Shown piece after piece: positions 1 through 9,624 of a stretch of 64,000 nt of DNA; the first letter of the stretch is position 1; the number at the start of each line of letters is the position of its first letter. The stretch spans positions 1-64,000 of the forward strand of contig CAVTUQ010000031.1 of the NCBI GenBank assembly GCA_963737905.1, given 5' to 3'. The position numbers were made by a program, and so were the translations under genes. This stretch comes from an uncultured delta proteobacterium. Lineage in GTDB: Bacteria > Desulfobacterota > Binatia > UBA9968. The notes beneath the pieces are model-generated. The model searched no databases and was not told where the DNA came from. It saw only the letters and a list, made by a program, of their open reading frames with translations.

Positions 1-262
1 ATCTTATACGGCTTGGCAACGCAGTTTTTCTAATAGCTGGTTTTCTTCTTTCGGGTTGTACCCGAGACTGGGCAGTTAGAGAAATAGAATCTGCATCTTT
101 GTCGCAGTTGCGGATTTGTGCAAAGTCCTCTCCCGCGACTCCGTATGCCATCTCCTACGGCGTGCTGGTCGTGTGTCTCTAATCCCCTTACTGAAAATAT
201 CCGCTCCGTCCTAACGGCGATAAACCTGCCAACTGCGGCAGCGTGATATGCATGTTTTCCTG

Positions 263-278
263 AGCAACGCCAATGCCA
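263..278 (-). promoter_or_regulatory. sigma54 (-24/-12) promoter, leftward
   Basis: Minus strand reads TGGCATTGGCGTTGCT = TGGCA-N6-TTGC with exact GG-N10-GC spacing. Confidence 0.6.
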
Positions 279-505
279 CCGATCTAAACGAGGCTAAGCA
301 AGTGAATTTTCTTGGGATCAGTTCGAAGGGGCCGGTCAACCCGTCTGATAGTATCCCCTGTTACGGGGGGAAAATTTCAGAGAGGGGTGGCGAGTCCATT
401 AGAACAGGCCGAAATTTTCGCTAGTCAGGTAAATTCTCCAAGCTCGAATCGCCGACCTGCTTTGTAAAACCGCAAAAATCATCGCGTTGACAATGTCTAG
501 CCGGA

Positions 506-521
506 TGGCATATCCATTGCT
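506..521 (+). promoter_or_regulatory. sigma54 promoter upstream of entericidin-like gene
   Basis: TGGCATATCCATTGCT, GG-N10-GC; lies in a 26-bp block repeated at 1049-1074. Confidence 0.7.
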
Positions 522-712
522 CCTTAGAGAATTGGGAGGCTGCATGTAAGCACCCCGAGGCAATCGTGACCAGAAATATCGTTTTATTTTATTTTATTGT
601 CGGCTATTTTTCTATTTAGCCAGACTGGAACAGTCTACTGTAAAGAACGGAACGAAGAAACGAAAAGTCGATCCTCCATTCACCCGGCGCTATAGATTCA
701 CCTGGAGGCAAA

Positions 713-919
713 ATGAAAAGGAAGACGTTGCCCCTCTGGGCGTTGCTTTTGGCCGTATTAACCTTGGAAGGATGCGCAACGACTCGCGGCATAGGGGAAG
801 ATCTACAGGACCTCGGGAGAGCGTTAAAAAAGGCGGTTTCGGGGACGGCCGGGGCGGGTTCGGGTCAACGATCGGTCTCCGGCGGGCAATCTCCCTGCTG
901 TGACGAGGGCTTCTACTAA
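713..919 (+). CDS. entericidin A/B family lipoprotein
   Basis: Signal peptide, lipobox LEGC, then ATTRGIGEDLQDLG typical of EcnA/B; GGAGG RBS. Confidence 0.8.
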   Translation: MKRKTLPLWALLLAVLTLEGCATTRGIGEDLQDLGRALKKAVSGTAGAGSGQRSVSGGQSPCCDEGFY

Positions 920-1056
920 TAGCCCCTAGCCTTCATGCAGTTATCGAAGACCTACCCGCTTGTCGCCAGCGCCAGCAAAGGCCGCCTGACGCTCGCAGTC
1001 GGACAAGTCGCGGTCACGATTTTTGTTAAGCTGACTCCTAGGGGTGCTTAGCCGGA

Positions 1057-1072
1057 TGGCAAATCCATTGCT
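1057..1072 (+). promoter_or_regulatory. sigma54 promoter upstream of coiled-coil gene
   Basis: TGGCAAATCCATTGCT, GG-N10-GC; near-identical to 506-521. Confidence 0.7.
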
Positions 1073-1180
1073 CCCCCCTAGAACGTTGCTCAACACCAGC
1101 GGCAACAAATTAACTCCTCAAGAACGGCTTAGAGAATATTTTCGAGTCACCGGCGACGAAGTCGGTATAGGAGGAATATC

Positions 1181-3196
1181 ATGGAAACCCTGTTACCCTG
1201 GCTGCTTATGTTCGCCGCCGCAGCCATGATAGTTCTAGGGATACTTCTGCTGGCTGCCGAGCGCGAGCTTAGAAAACAGCGACGCGAGTTAGAGAAACTC
1301 CGACGCAATCATCGGATCCGCGCCATAATTGGCCAGCTATGTCCGACCTCCGAGGCTCAAGGCTCCGAAACGCAACCATCGGCGGAATTAACGACGAGAA
1401 ACAAGGAACTCATCGAAAAGATCTCCTCCCTGTCATGCGAACTTGAAGAAAGCAAAAGAATGGTGGAGGAGCTTCAGTGCGAGCAACGCCAGCTGGTGAG
1501 CGCTGGCGAGCTAGAACAGCAGCTGCAAGCAAGCCAAGAAACCATAAAGGCGCTTGAGGCTGAGCAACAGCGTCTAGGTGGCATCAATTTCGAAAACCAG
1601 CAGCTGCGCGAGGAGATTAAAAACCTCCGAAACCAGCTTCAAAAGAGCGAATCGCTGCTTAACACAACTGCCAGTCAGTACAAGGAGGTTGCTGATCGCG
1701 ATTTACAACTAGAATCTGACCTAGCCGAATCAAGACAGCAAATGGATAAACTGACGATGAAAAACAACGAGCTGCTGGAGATGATTAACTCGCTTTCAAG
1801 TCAGCTCGCGGCGAGCGAACAGACCGTAGAAGAACTCCGAACACTACAGGATCACATGCCTGGTATTCAATCCGAGAATCAGCAGTTGCACACCGAGAAC
1901 CAAGCGCTTCGAGAGGAAATAGCAAGCGTAAAAACACAACTAGGAACGACCGCAAGCCGTTGTAATGAAGCAGTCACTCAGGCCCGGGAGATTACCGAGC
2001 ACAATTCGAGACTCCAAACCGAGGTCAGCGAACTGAGCAATCAGCTGCAAGCAAGCCAAGAAACCATAAGGGAGCTTGAGGCCAAGCAACAGCGCCTATG
2101 TGGCGTCAATCTTGAAAACCAGCAACTGCGCGAGGAGATTGCGACTCTCCAAAACCAGCTTCAAACGAGCGAAACCCGGCTTAGCGAATCCGCGTGGCAG
2201 AGTCAGGAGTCCGCCGAATGTTATGCGCGACTGCAAAACGAAGTTGTCGAGTTGAAACGACAAGCAGAAGAAGGCCAAGCGCGAGTCCGTGAATTGGAGG
2301 CCACACAGGAACAACTAGGCATGGTTGAATCTCGGGAAATGATCTTGAGCAAGGAGCAAGACAAGCTGAAAGCACAAATCGCGGACTTGCAAAGGGAGCT
2401 CGATACGGGACAAGAAAAAGTTCAAGAGCTAGATGCGACTTGCGAACGGTTGGCGGAAATGGAGCGCGTCGGTCAGGAGCTGCGCGAGAAAAACCGCCGA
2501 CTCGAAGAAGAAATTTCGCGATGGCAAGAACGGCCCGTAGAGAGTGAGGAAACCCAAACGCAGGTTAGCACCCTTCGGCAGCACTGCGTGGAATTACAAG
2601 CGCAGCAAGTGGCAGTCTCGGAAGCGAATTCCCTGATCGATGGCTTAGGTGATAAGAGTAGCAATCCCATCGATTTGAGTTCGGACGACTCGGCGGCCAG
2701 GGTCCACGTGGCAAACGACGAAGAAATCAAACCGCTCATCCAGACTCCAGGAAAGCGAACACGGCGCGTCGGAATGATTGCGGCCACGGGTGCGATTGCA
2801 ATCGTGGCCACCGTCGCTGTCGGCGCCCTGAACACAGGCTCCAACAAGCCTTCCGGGTCGAAAGAACTAGCCGTCGCGTCTGAAACCGTGTCTATTGAGC
2901 AGTCGATCCCAATCGAGGCTGGCTCAGAAACGCTCAAACGATCAAGTCCTGCGTCGGGGGCTAATGAATTTCCCAAACAAATACGGAGACGCGTCCAGGG
3001 TACTTACAAAATAACTCGTTCAACCCAAGTTTACAGTGAGCCGAGCGATACCTCACGGCTGATCGCCAACATCAACCCGGGAATAAAAATCAACGTTGTC
3101 GATTCCCGCAATGGTTGGTTAGAAATTCGTTCCAAGCACGGTCGCCCTCCCGGCTTCGTGCGGCAAACGGCGGCGGTAAGGATTGATCAGAACTAG
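1181..3196 (+). CDS. membrane-anchored long coiled-coil protein with C-terminal SH3-like domain
   Basis: N-terminal TM, ~450 aa E/Q/L-rich heptads with internal duplication, second hydrophobic segment, C-terminal VYSEPS...GWLEI...GFV SH3b-like pattern; GGAGGA RBS. Confidence 0.75.
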   Translation: METLLPWLLMFAAAAMIVLGILLLAAERELRKQRRELEKLRRNHRIRAIIGQLCPTSEAQGSETQPSAELTTRNKELIEKISSLSCELEESKRMVEELQCEQRQLVSAGELEQQLQASQETIKALEAEQQRLGGINFENQQLREEIKNLRNQLQKSESLLNTTASQYKEVADRDLQLESDLAESRQQMDKLTMKNNELLEMINSLSSQLAASEQTVEELRTLQDHMPGIQSENQQLHTENQALREEIASVKTQLGTTASRCNEAVTQAREITEHNSRLQTEVSELSNQLQASQETIRELEAKQQRLCGVNLENQQLREEIATLQNQLQTSETRLSESAWQSQESAECYARLQNEVVELKRQAEEGQARVRELEATQEQLGMVESREMILSKEQDKLKAQIADLQRELDTGQEKVQELDATCERLAEMERVGQELREKNRRLEEEISRWQERPVESEETQTQVSTLRQHCVELQAQQVAVSEANSLIDGLGDKSSNPIDLSSDDSAARVHVANDEEIKPLIQTPGKRTRRVGMIAATGAIAIVATVAVGALNTGSNKPSGSKELAVASETVSIEQSIPIEAGSETLKRSSPASGANEFPKQIRRRVQGTYKITRSTQVYSEPSDTSRLIANINPGIKINVVDSRNGWLEIRSKHGRPPGFVRQTAAVRIDQN

Positions 3197-3269
3197 GATT
3201 GGAGCCGCGCTTAACCATTACGGTCCGAGCTTATTCCACGGGGAAGCTTGGGGGTCAGACATGATATTA

Positions 3270-3607
3270 GTCCGACATGACGGACGATCGATTGAGCATG
3301 TAAACCGGCGCTAGCGGTTCCTCCGATGTACCGCATCGCCGTCTTCAAATGGATTTTCCGGTGCGTCACGAAATGTGACGACGGCCCGCACGCCAGGCAA
3401 CCCGACCGCTTTCGCTGTGTCGATATCGACAATTTCAGCATATGGGTGAGGGCTTCGAAGGGTCTTGCCATACAACAGGCCATCCGCTGGCATCCGATCG
3501 GCGGAGAACTGCGCTTCGCCGGTGACTTTCGCTCGGGCATCGGTACGTATGACGGAATGTCCGACGACTTGAAGAACTGAGTGTGAGCTATTGTTTGCTT
3601 TTGGCAT
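3270..3607 (-). pseudogene. xanthine dehydrogenase/CoxL family molybdopterin subunit, N-terminal remnant
   Basis: VGHSVIRTDARAKVTGEAQF...LRSPHPYAEIVDIDT motif; frameshifted twice to ...VYMLN / IVRHVG, then truncated. Confidence 0.75.
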
Positions 3608-3668
3608 GAGCACGCCAGAAGTTACTAAGGGGTTTATAATTAGGTGCACAACATGAGGTTTGGCAAAA

Positions 3669-3821
3669 GCCCAAGGGACGAGCCCTTCCGTGCTCGGGCA
3701 ATCAGCCTGTGCCTTGTCGGCCGCCACCCGATCCACTCCAGGGGTGGTTATGGCAACGCCGGGGCCTGAACGCTTCCTTTACGTTTGGGTGCCCGCGCTC
3801 TCCAGGACTCGCCCCTTGGGC
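3669..3821 (-). ncRNA. candidate structured non-coding RNA (153 nt)
   Basis: 5' and 3' ends form an 18-bp stem (GCCCAAGGGGCGAGUCCU/AGGGCUCGUCCCUUGGGC) plus nested stems; G-U pairs favour the minus strand; followed by UUUU. Confidence 0.5.
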
Positions 3822-3919
3822 GTCATTATGTCTACTAACCAATGAACTTCCTAATAGTTTGTACAATCGATAGCAAAGCGTTTTTTTAGGTTCTTCAGGC
3901 TTCGATGTGAAGCAGGGCC

Positions 3920-4044
3920 CGGAGATTGCACCACGGAGGCGCGGAGGACGCGGAGTAAAGAGTTCTTGATTAAAAAATTCTCCGATCTCTGCGAACTCTG
4001 TGCCTCTGCGGTGAATACTTCTTCACAGGAAACCCGGAATAACC
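3920..4044. repeat. palindromic intergenic repeat (REP/MITE-like), copy 1
   Basis: cggagattgcacc...gagtaaagagttcttgattaaaaaattctccgatctctgcg...ggtgaatacttc; near-identical copies at 6486-6632 and 57216-57303. Confidence 0.85.
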
Positions 4045-4104
4045 TTTTTTCAAGACAAGTAGAATCTTGGCGGCTGACAAACCAAACCATGGGGATTGTT
4101 CTTG

Positions 4105-5256
4105 TCATCCCCAAAGCTCCTTCGTGGCAAGCCGCGCCCCTTCGGCCATAGCTTGGAACTTTGCCCAGGCGACTTGCGGATGACCCACCCTCGAGCCGAT
4201 CCCGCAGTCGGTTCCCGCGATGATGTTTTCGCGACCGATGAGCTTGGCAAATTGCACCAAACGATCGGCGATGGCCCGCGGGTGTTCGATAAAGTCGCTG
4301 TAGTGTCCGACCACTCCCGGGATATATATTTTTTCCTCTGGGAATTTGACTTCTTGCCACACGCGCCACTCATGCTCATGGCAGGGATTGGATGCTTCGA
4401 TGGAATAAGCGCCGGCGTGAACTTTGAGAATCAGATCAACGATATCTCTCAGCGGGATATCGTACTTGTGGGGGCCATGATAGCTGCCCCAGCACATATG
4501 GAAGCGCACCCGGTCGATGGGCAAGTTTCTCAGACCGTGGTTGAGAGCGTCGATGCGCAGCTCCTGGTACTTGCGATACTCCGCCACGCTCATCTGAGGA
4601 TGCATCTGCCACGCATCCGCCAGATCCGGGTCGTCGATCTGGAGGATGAAGCCGGCGTCGACGATAGATTTATATTCCTCATGCATGGCGTCGGCGATGG
4701 CGAAGAGATAGGCCTCGTCTGTCGGGTAATACTCGTTTTTCATCCAGTGTTCCATGGTGCCGGGAGCCACCGCGGGCAAAAACGCCTCGGCAACTTCGAC
4801 GTTTTGAAGCGCGGCTTTGAAGTGGTCGAGGTCGGCTTTGACGGCGGCCTGGCCAACGTACTTGAGCGGCTCAACGCAGAAGAACACCCGGGCATGATGG
4901 CCGATGGAAGTTCGTCCGCCACGGTTAAAGTACTCGGGAAACTCAACCGCGTCACGGCCGAAGATCGAGGTTGGCTTGTAGTTTGGGCTCGCCGGTTTCT
5001 CGACGAAGCCGCTGAGCCGCTCCCGCGTGTAGCGGGAGAAATTTGATTTTCCCAGTTCGCCGTCGTTGACGATGTCGACCCCGCAATCGATCTGTTTTTG
5101 TACGGCTCCTGCCACGGCGGTGTGAACCCGCTTGCTGTAGGACGCTTCGTCATAGGCCTTCCCCTCGTTTTTTGCCACGAGCATCTCCGTGAGATCGGCC
5201 GGCCGCGGCAGTGTCCCGGCGTGAGTGACCAGAATGCGTTCAGTGCTGCGTTTCAT
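4105..5256 (-). CDS. cobalamin-independent methionine synthase II family (MetE catalytic-domain-only) protein
   Basis: THAGTLPRP N-terminus, DGE, LQIDDP, HMCWG and TDCG zinc ligands. Confidence 0.9.
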   Translation of the reverse strand: MKRSTERILVTHAGTLPRPADLTEMLVAKNEGKAYDEASYSKRVHTAVAGAVQKQIDCGVDIVNDGELGKSNFSRYTRERLSGFVEKPASPNYKPTSIFGRDAVEFPEYFNRGGRTSIGHHARVFFCVEPLKYVGQAAVKADLDHFKAALQNVEVAEAFLPAVAPGTMEHWMKNEYYPTDEAYLFAIADAMHEEYKSIVDAGFILQIDDPDLADAWQMHPQMSVAEYRKYQELRIDALNHGLRNLPIDRVRFHMCWGSYHGPHKYDIPLRDIVDLILKVHAGAYSIEASNPCHEHEWRVWQEVKFPEEKIYIPGVVGHYSDFIEHPRAIADRLVQFAKLIGRENIIAGTDCGIGSRVGHPQVAWAKFQAMAEGARLATKELWG

Positions 5257-5285
5257 GATTCACCTCCGTGTGAAGGAATACATCT

Positions 5286-6435
5286 CTATCTTCCCTTGTT
5301 CGCCAAAGCCTTTTTGATGATATCACGAATCGTGTCGAGCTCTTCGATCCATTCGGGATTCAACCAAAGAAATTTAGCTCCCTTAACGCGGCGCGCCTGG
5401 GCGCTTACTTTTTCTTTCGAGATATCTTCCCTCAGGGAATCATAGAGTCCTCCGGTCTTTTGATTGGAGTCGAGCCAAGCCGTTTGTCCCTCCCGAGACA
5501 ACAGCCAGTTGGCGGCGACCTTGGCGGCGTTGGGATGGGGCGCGCGGTTGAATAGACTCAAGGTGCCGTTATACGCGGTGACGGAGGACCCTTCTTTTAG
5601 CGATCCCGGCAGAAATTGATTGAGCGGCAGTCCCTGCGTCATTGCCGTGTCAACTTGCCTCGCGCCGATACCGAACGCGTATTTTCCCGCGCTGAGCCAA
5701 TCCAATAACTGCTCATTGGAGCGCAAGATGGTGATATCCGTCTCGGCATAAAGCCGCCGGAGATACTCCGGGCCTAAATCAGGGTGCTTGTAGAAAAAAA
5801 TTTGCGCCGCGCTGATGGGGCCGGAGATCAGCGGGTCCACAGAAACGATTTTTCCTTTCCATTTCGCGCTTAATAAATCCCAATAGGAGTTGATCTCCGA
5901 CGGATTCACCAGCTTCGTATTGTAAGTAATCTCGCCGCTCCTCGGCGTTCCCTCGAAGACAAAGATGTAGCGATTCTCAGGGTCGTCGTAGTGATGTTTG
6001 CCCTCGAACCAGGCGGTTGGGTCCACAACTTCGGGCAAAACCAACAAGGGTTTAATGGGTTCTAGGATTCTGGCTCGGTGAAATACAGTCAGTGGAGTTA
6101 TATTTCCCGATACATATAGGTCCACGATGGTTCTGCCGGCCCTGCGCTCGCTCATGACGCGCTGGCTTAGCTCAGGACCTCTTCCCGTCACGATAGCCAC
6201 CTTGATTTTTGGATATTTTTTCTGGAAGGCCTCGCGAAATATCGGTTCGAAGGCTTGGGTCATGTAGATGGCCACCTCTCTTTCTTCCTCCGCCGCCTTT
6301 ACCGTCTTGTCCCAGTCCGATTGCCACCCGGTGCTTGGCTCAGCGGCAAGTGCGGATGCTTGCCCCAAGCGGCAGCGAAATTGCCGACAGTAAAGAAGCG
6401 ATGAGCGCGAACCAAACAGTCATTGTTGCTGTCAT
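5286..6435 (-). CDS. ABC transporter extracellular solute-binding protein (frameshift in signal-peptide region)
   Basis: APHPNAAKVAANWLLSREGQ motif; ATG at 6435 with AGGAG RBS is out of frame with ORF 5286-6368. Confidence 0.75.
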
Positions 6436-6485
6436 ATGGGCTCCTTAAGATCATTGGTCTTCAGGCTTTCCTATAAAGCATGACT

Positions 6486-6632
6486 CGGAGATTGCACCGT
6501 GGAGGCGCCCTTCGACGTCTCAGGACAGGCTCCGGACGCGGAGTAAAGAGTTCTTGGTTAAAAAATTCTCCGATCTCTGCGAGTTCCGTGCCTTTGTGGT
6601 GAATACTTCTTAGCAGAAAACCCGGAACAACC
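6486..6632. repeat. palindromic intergenic repeat copy 2 with nested insert
   Basis: Matches 3920-4044 but carries extra cccttcgacgtctcaggacaggctc at 6508-6532. Confidence 0.85.
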
Positions 6633-6635
6633 AGA

Positions 6636-8311
6636 TTATTTGATCGTCCGTTCGGCCACGACGGCCTGGACATCTTTGATGACATAGATCGCGAGCGGTT
6701 CACGGCGATTTCTTACCGTTAGCTGATAGCGTGGAAGCGAGTCAACCTGCATCCCGGCATATCGGGCCGCTTCTTCTGAGATCACTAGCTGGCAGCCATA
6801 TTCTTTGGTGAGGTCCTGTAGACGGCTGGCAACATTTACGGTATCGCCGATGGCGGTGAGGCTCACGGCCGAGCCATAGCCCATGCGTCCTACGACAGCA
6901 GGTCCGCTGTGTATCCCGACGCCGATTTTCAGGGGCTCTGCGCAACTCGGCTGCGAGGAGCTGGCTTAGTTGTTTGACTCCATTGACCATCTCGTGGGCT
7001 GCGCTTAGCGCTCGACGGCAGCCGTCGTTCGGATCCGTCTCGATCCCGAAGAGCGCCATGACGCCGTCGCCGACGAATTTATCGACGATGCCTCCGGCGC
7101 GGGAGACCGCTTCACCTGCGGTTTTAAAATAGCTGTTCAAGATGAAGACCAGATCATAGGGCAACTTACGCTCCGCCATGCCCGTGAAGGAACGAAGGTC
7201 CGCGAATAGCACGACAATGTTGAGTTCCTCGCCGGCGAGGTAGGAAGGCTGCATGAAGCCGTGTCGGGCTTGACCGCTTGCCGGTACGAGCGGTGTGATC
7301 GATAGATCTGCTGTCGGTCGCAATTGACAGGCGAGCCTCACGTTGGGTGGCGCGCCGACACGCCGCAGGACGCGAACCTCGGCAGGTTTCGCCGGCGGCA
7401 GTGAATCCCACCCGCGTACAACGCGAACCCGACAGGTTGAACATCGGCCTCTTCCGCCGCAAACGGACGTATGGGGAATTCCAGCAAAGCGGCTCGCCTC
7501 GAGCACCGTGAGCCCGCGAGGGACGGCAATTTCAAGGCCTCCAGGGTACGTCAGGTGGATGCGATGTGCGTCTTTGGGCAGCGGAACGTATCGCCCGAGC
7601 GAGAAGCACCAACCCGAGAAGCCCAACGTAAACTTGGAGCGTCCAGTTCTCCAGCAAAGCCAGGAGGTCACGCTCGCTCCCCCTTGGAACGTTGGCTTCA
7701 AGCAGAGTTCGATCAAACCAGTCGGGTTGCCGGGCCATGAGATCAGAGATCTGGCGGCCGGCCTCTGCGAAACCGAGCAGCGCCAGTACCGGAAGCAATA
7801 AGGCGACGCTAAAGAAAATCGACACGACACGCGAATACCATGGTCGCAGTCGCAGCCAAAAGTGCAATCCTATGCAGCCGTGAATCCAGGCGACAAGGAT
7901 CAGTAGCGCTTGCCGCGCGCCGTGGAGTGGGTTAACGTTCCAAAGCGATAGAACGATGAGCGCATAAGAATCTTTGACGTTGAACAGCTCGTGGGCGATC
8001 CGCGTGCCGGCGATGTGGGCAGCGAGAAACAGAGGGATTGTTAGCCCCAGCACGAGTTGGAGCGCTTCCCAGAGCGGCATCCGCAAATGGCGGCGCCGGT
8101 AAAGCGAATAAAACGCAAGCCCGAGATGGATAGCCAAAGCGCCGTAGAGCGCGGCTGTGGCCAGCGGGTTTCGCCACAGGGCCAAAAACCAAAACCGGCC
8201 GGCTTCCATCGCCTCCAGAGAGATCAAGCCCAAAGCGTGATTGATGAAGTGGGTCGCAAGGTAAGTGAGCAACACGAGACCCGAGACCAGTCGTACGCGT
8301 CGAATGATCAT
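6636..8311 (-). CDS. class III adenylate/guanylate cyclase with His-rich membrane domain and 2Fe-2S ferredoxin (CyaC-like); two frameshifts
   Basis: THFINH/IHLG/WIHGCIGLH TM His residues, CGGRGRCSTC...RLACQ, LFADLRSFT, DKFVGDGVMALFG, GDTVNVASRL across three frames (shifts near 7565 and 6940). Confidence 0.85.
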
Positions 8312-8483
8312 GGCGCTGCTCAATCTACTACGACCCGGTGCACCCAGTCCATGCTCGGCAGTAGGGGCAGGTTTAAACTTGCCCCTACATTCTTCGCGGG
8401 GCTTGCCGGAACTAGAGGATTGATCTATGTAAAAGTAACGATATTGACCAGAAACCCACATTGTCAACGGAAGGAGCAAAAAC

Positions 8484-9617
8484 ATGAAAGACGGATTTAA
8501 AGTCATTGATGCCGATCGGCATATTCTAGAGCCCTCGGATCTCTATCAGCGATACTTGCCCGAAAAGTTCAAGGGACGCGTACGCCTTGCGGGTCCCAAT
8601 CAGACAGTTCGGGAGGTGGACGGGAAACCAGTTTCCGACTCGGCGCAAAGGCCGGGTCGGGTCACAGAGGATTACGGCTACATCTTCTCCTCGTCAAAAC
8701 GCTGGCGCGAGTGCTTCGCCGACGCCTATGCGAACAAATTCGACCCGGCATCGAACATCCGCGATATGGAGCGCGAAGGGATCGATGTGAGCGTCCTTTT
8801 TCCGACCATCGGTCTCTATATCATGTGGCGTGACGATATTGACCCGGAGCTGAGCGCCGCGATCTGCCGCGCCTATAACACCTGGCTGGCGGACTATTGC
8901 GACTATGACCGCAAGCGGCTTTACGGTGTGATGCTCCTTCCGCTACAGGATCCCGCTCGCGCGGTGGAGGAAATGAAGTACGCGCGGGAAAAATTGGGGC
9001 TTGTCGGCATTTTCTGGCGGCCCAACAAGTTCTGCGGCCGGACGTTCGCAAGTCCCGACTATTATCCGATCTACGAGACCGCGTCGGACCTCGGCGTGAC
9101 CGTCTGCGTTCACGAAGGCGCCCGCACTGTGCTGCCCCAGGCGGGCTCGGATCGCTACAGCGAATTCGGGCGCCATATCGCCTGCCATCCGCTGGAACAG
9201 ATGCTCGCCTGTCTCAACTTCTGCGCCGACGGCGTCCTTGAAAAATTTCCCAAATTGAAAGTCGCGCACCTCGAATCCGGCTGCGGCTGGGTGCCGTTCT
9301 GGTTGGAGCGCATGGACGAGCACTGGGAACATGAGTCCCATGGCTCGGCCAAGATCACCAAAGAGAAGCCGAGCACTTACTTCAAACGCAATTGTTGGGT
9401 GAGCTGCGAAGCCGGCGAAGAGCTGGCGCCTGTATTCGTAGAACACGTCGGCGATGACTACTTGATGATCGCCACGGACTACCCGCACAGCGATGCCATC
9501 GACAAGTTCCCGGACAAGACCGTGGGTGCGATCAGCAGCAACGACAAGATTTCTGCCGAATCGCGGCGCAAAATTCTTTGGGATAATCCCACCAAGACCT
9601 TTGGATTGGGGGCATAG
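8484..9617 (+). CDS. amidohydrolase-2 family protein
   Basis: VIDADRH, YNTWLADYC, VHEG, LESGCGW, TDYPHSD. Confidence 0.9.
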   Translation: MKDGFKVIDADRHILEPSDLYQRYLPEKFKGRVRLAGPNQTVREVDGKPVSDSAQRPGRVTEDYGYIFSSSKRWRECFADAYANKFDPASNIRDMEREGIDVSVLFPTIGLYIMWRDDIDPELSAAICRAYNTWLADYCDYDRKRLYGVMLLPLQDPARAVEEMKYAREKLGLVGIFWRPNKFCGRTFASPDYYPIYETASDLGVTVCVHEGARTVLPQAGSDRYSEFGRHIACHPLEQMLACLNFCADGVLEKFPKLKVAHLESGCGWVPFWLERMDEHWEHESHGSAKITKEKPSTYFKRNCWVSCEAGEELAPVFVEHVGDDYLMIATDYPHSDAIDKFPDKTVGAISSNDKISAESRRKILWDNPTKTFGLGA

Positions 9618-9624
9618 AAGAGCA

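Noticed and set aside
1-151. Minus-strand ORF running off the window (MAYGVAGEDF..)
   Set aside because: The RBS-like AGGAG abuts the ATG and no motif is recognisable; cannot be supported from this window
3602-3616. TGGCATGAGCACGC as a sigma54 site
   Set aside because: GG-to-GC spacing is 9 rather than 10, and it overlaps a start codon
3669-3821. SRP RNA, canonical 6S RNA or Moco riboswitch identity
   Set aside because: SRP CAGG..GGAA..AGCAG order is absent, there is no zapA/ygfA context and no Moco consensus; kept only as an unassigned candidate
4096-5046. Long antisense ORFs (also 8943-10034, 30006-31028, 42222-42971, 51007-51726, 56594-57337)
   Set aside because: Shadow ORFs opposite well-supported genes in GC-rich DNA
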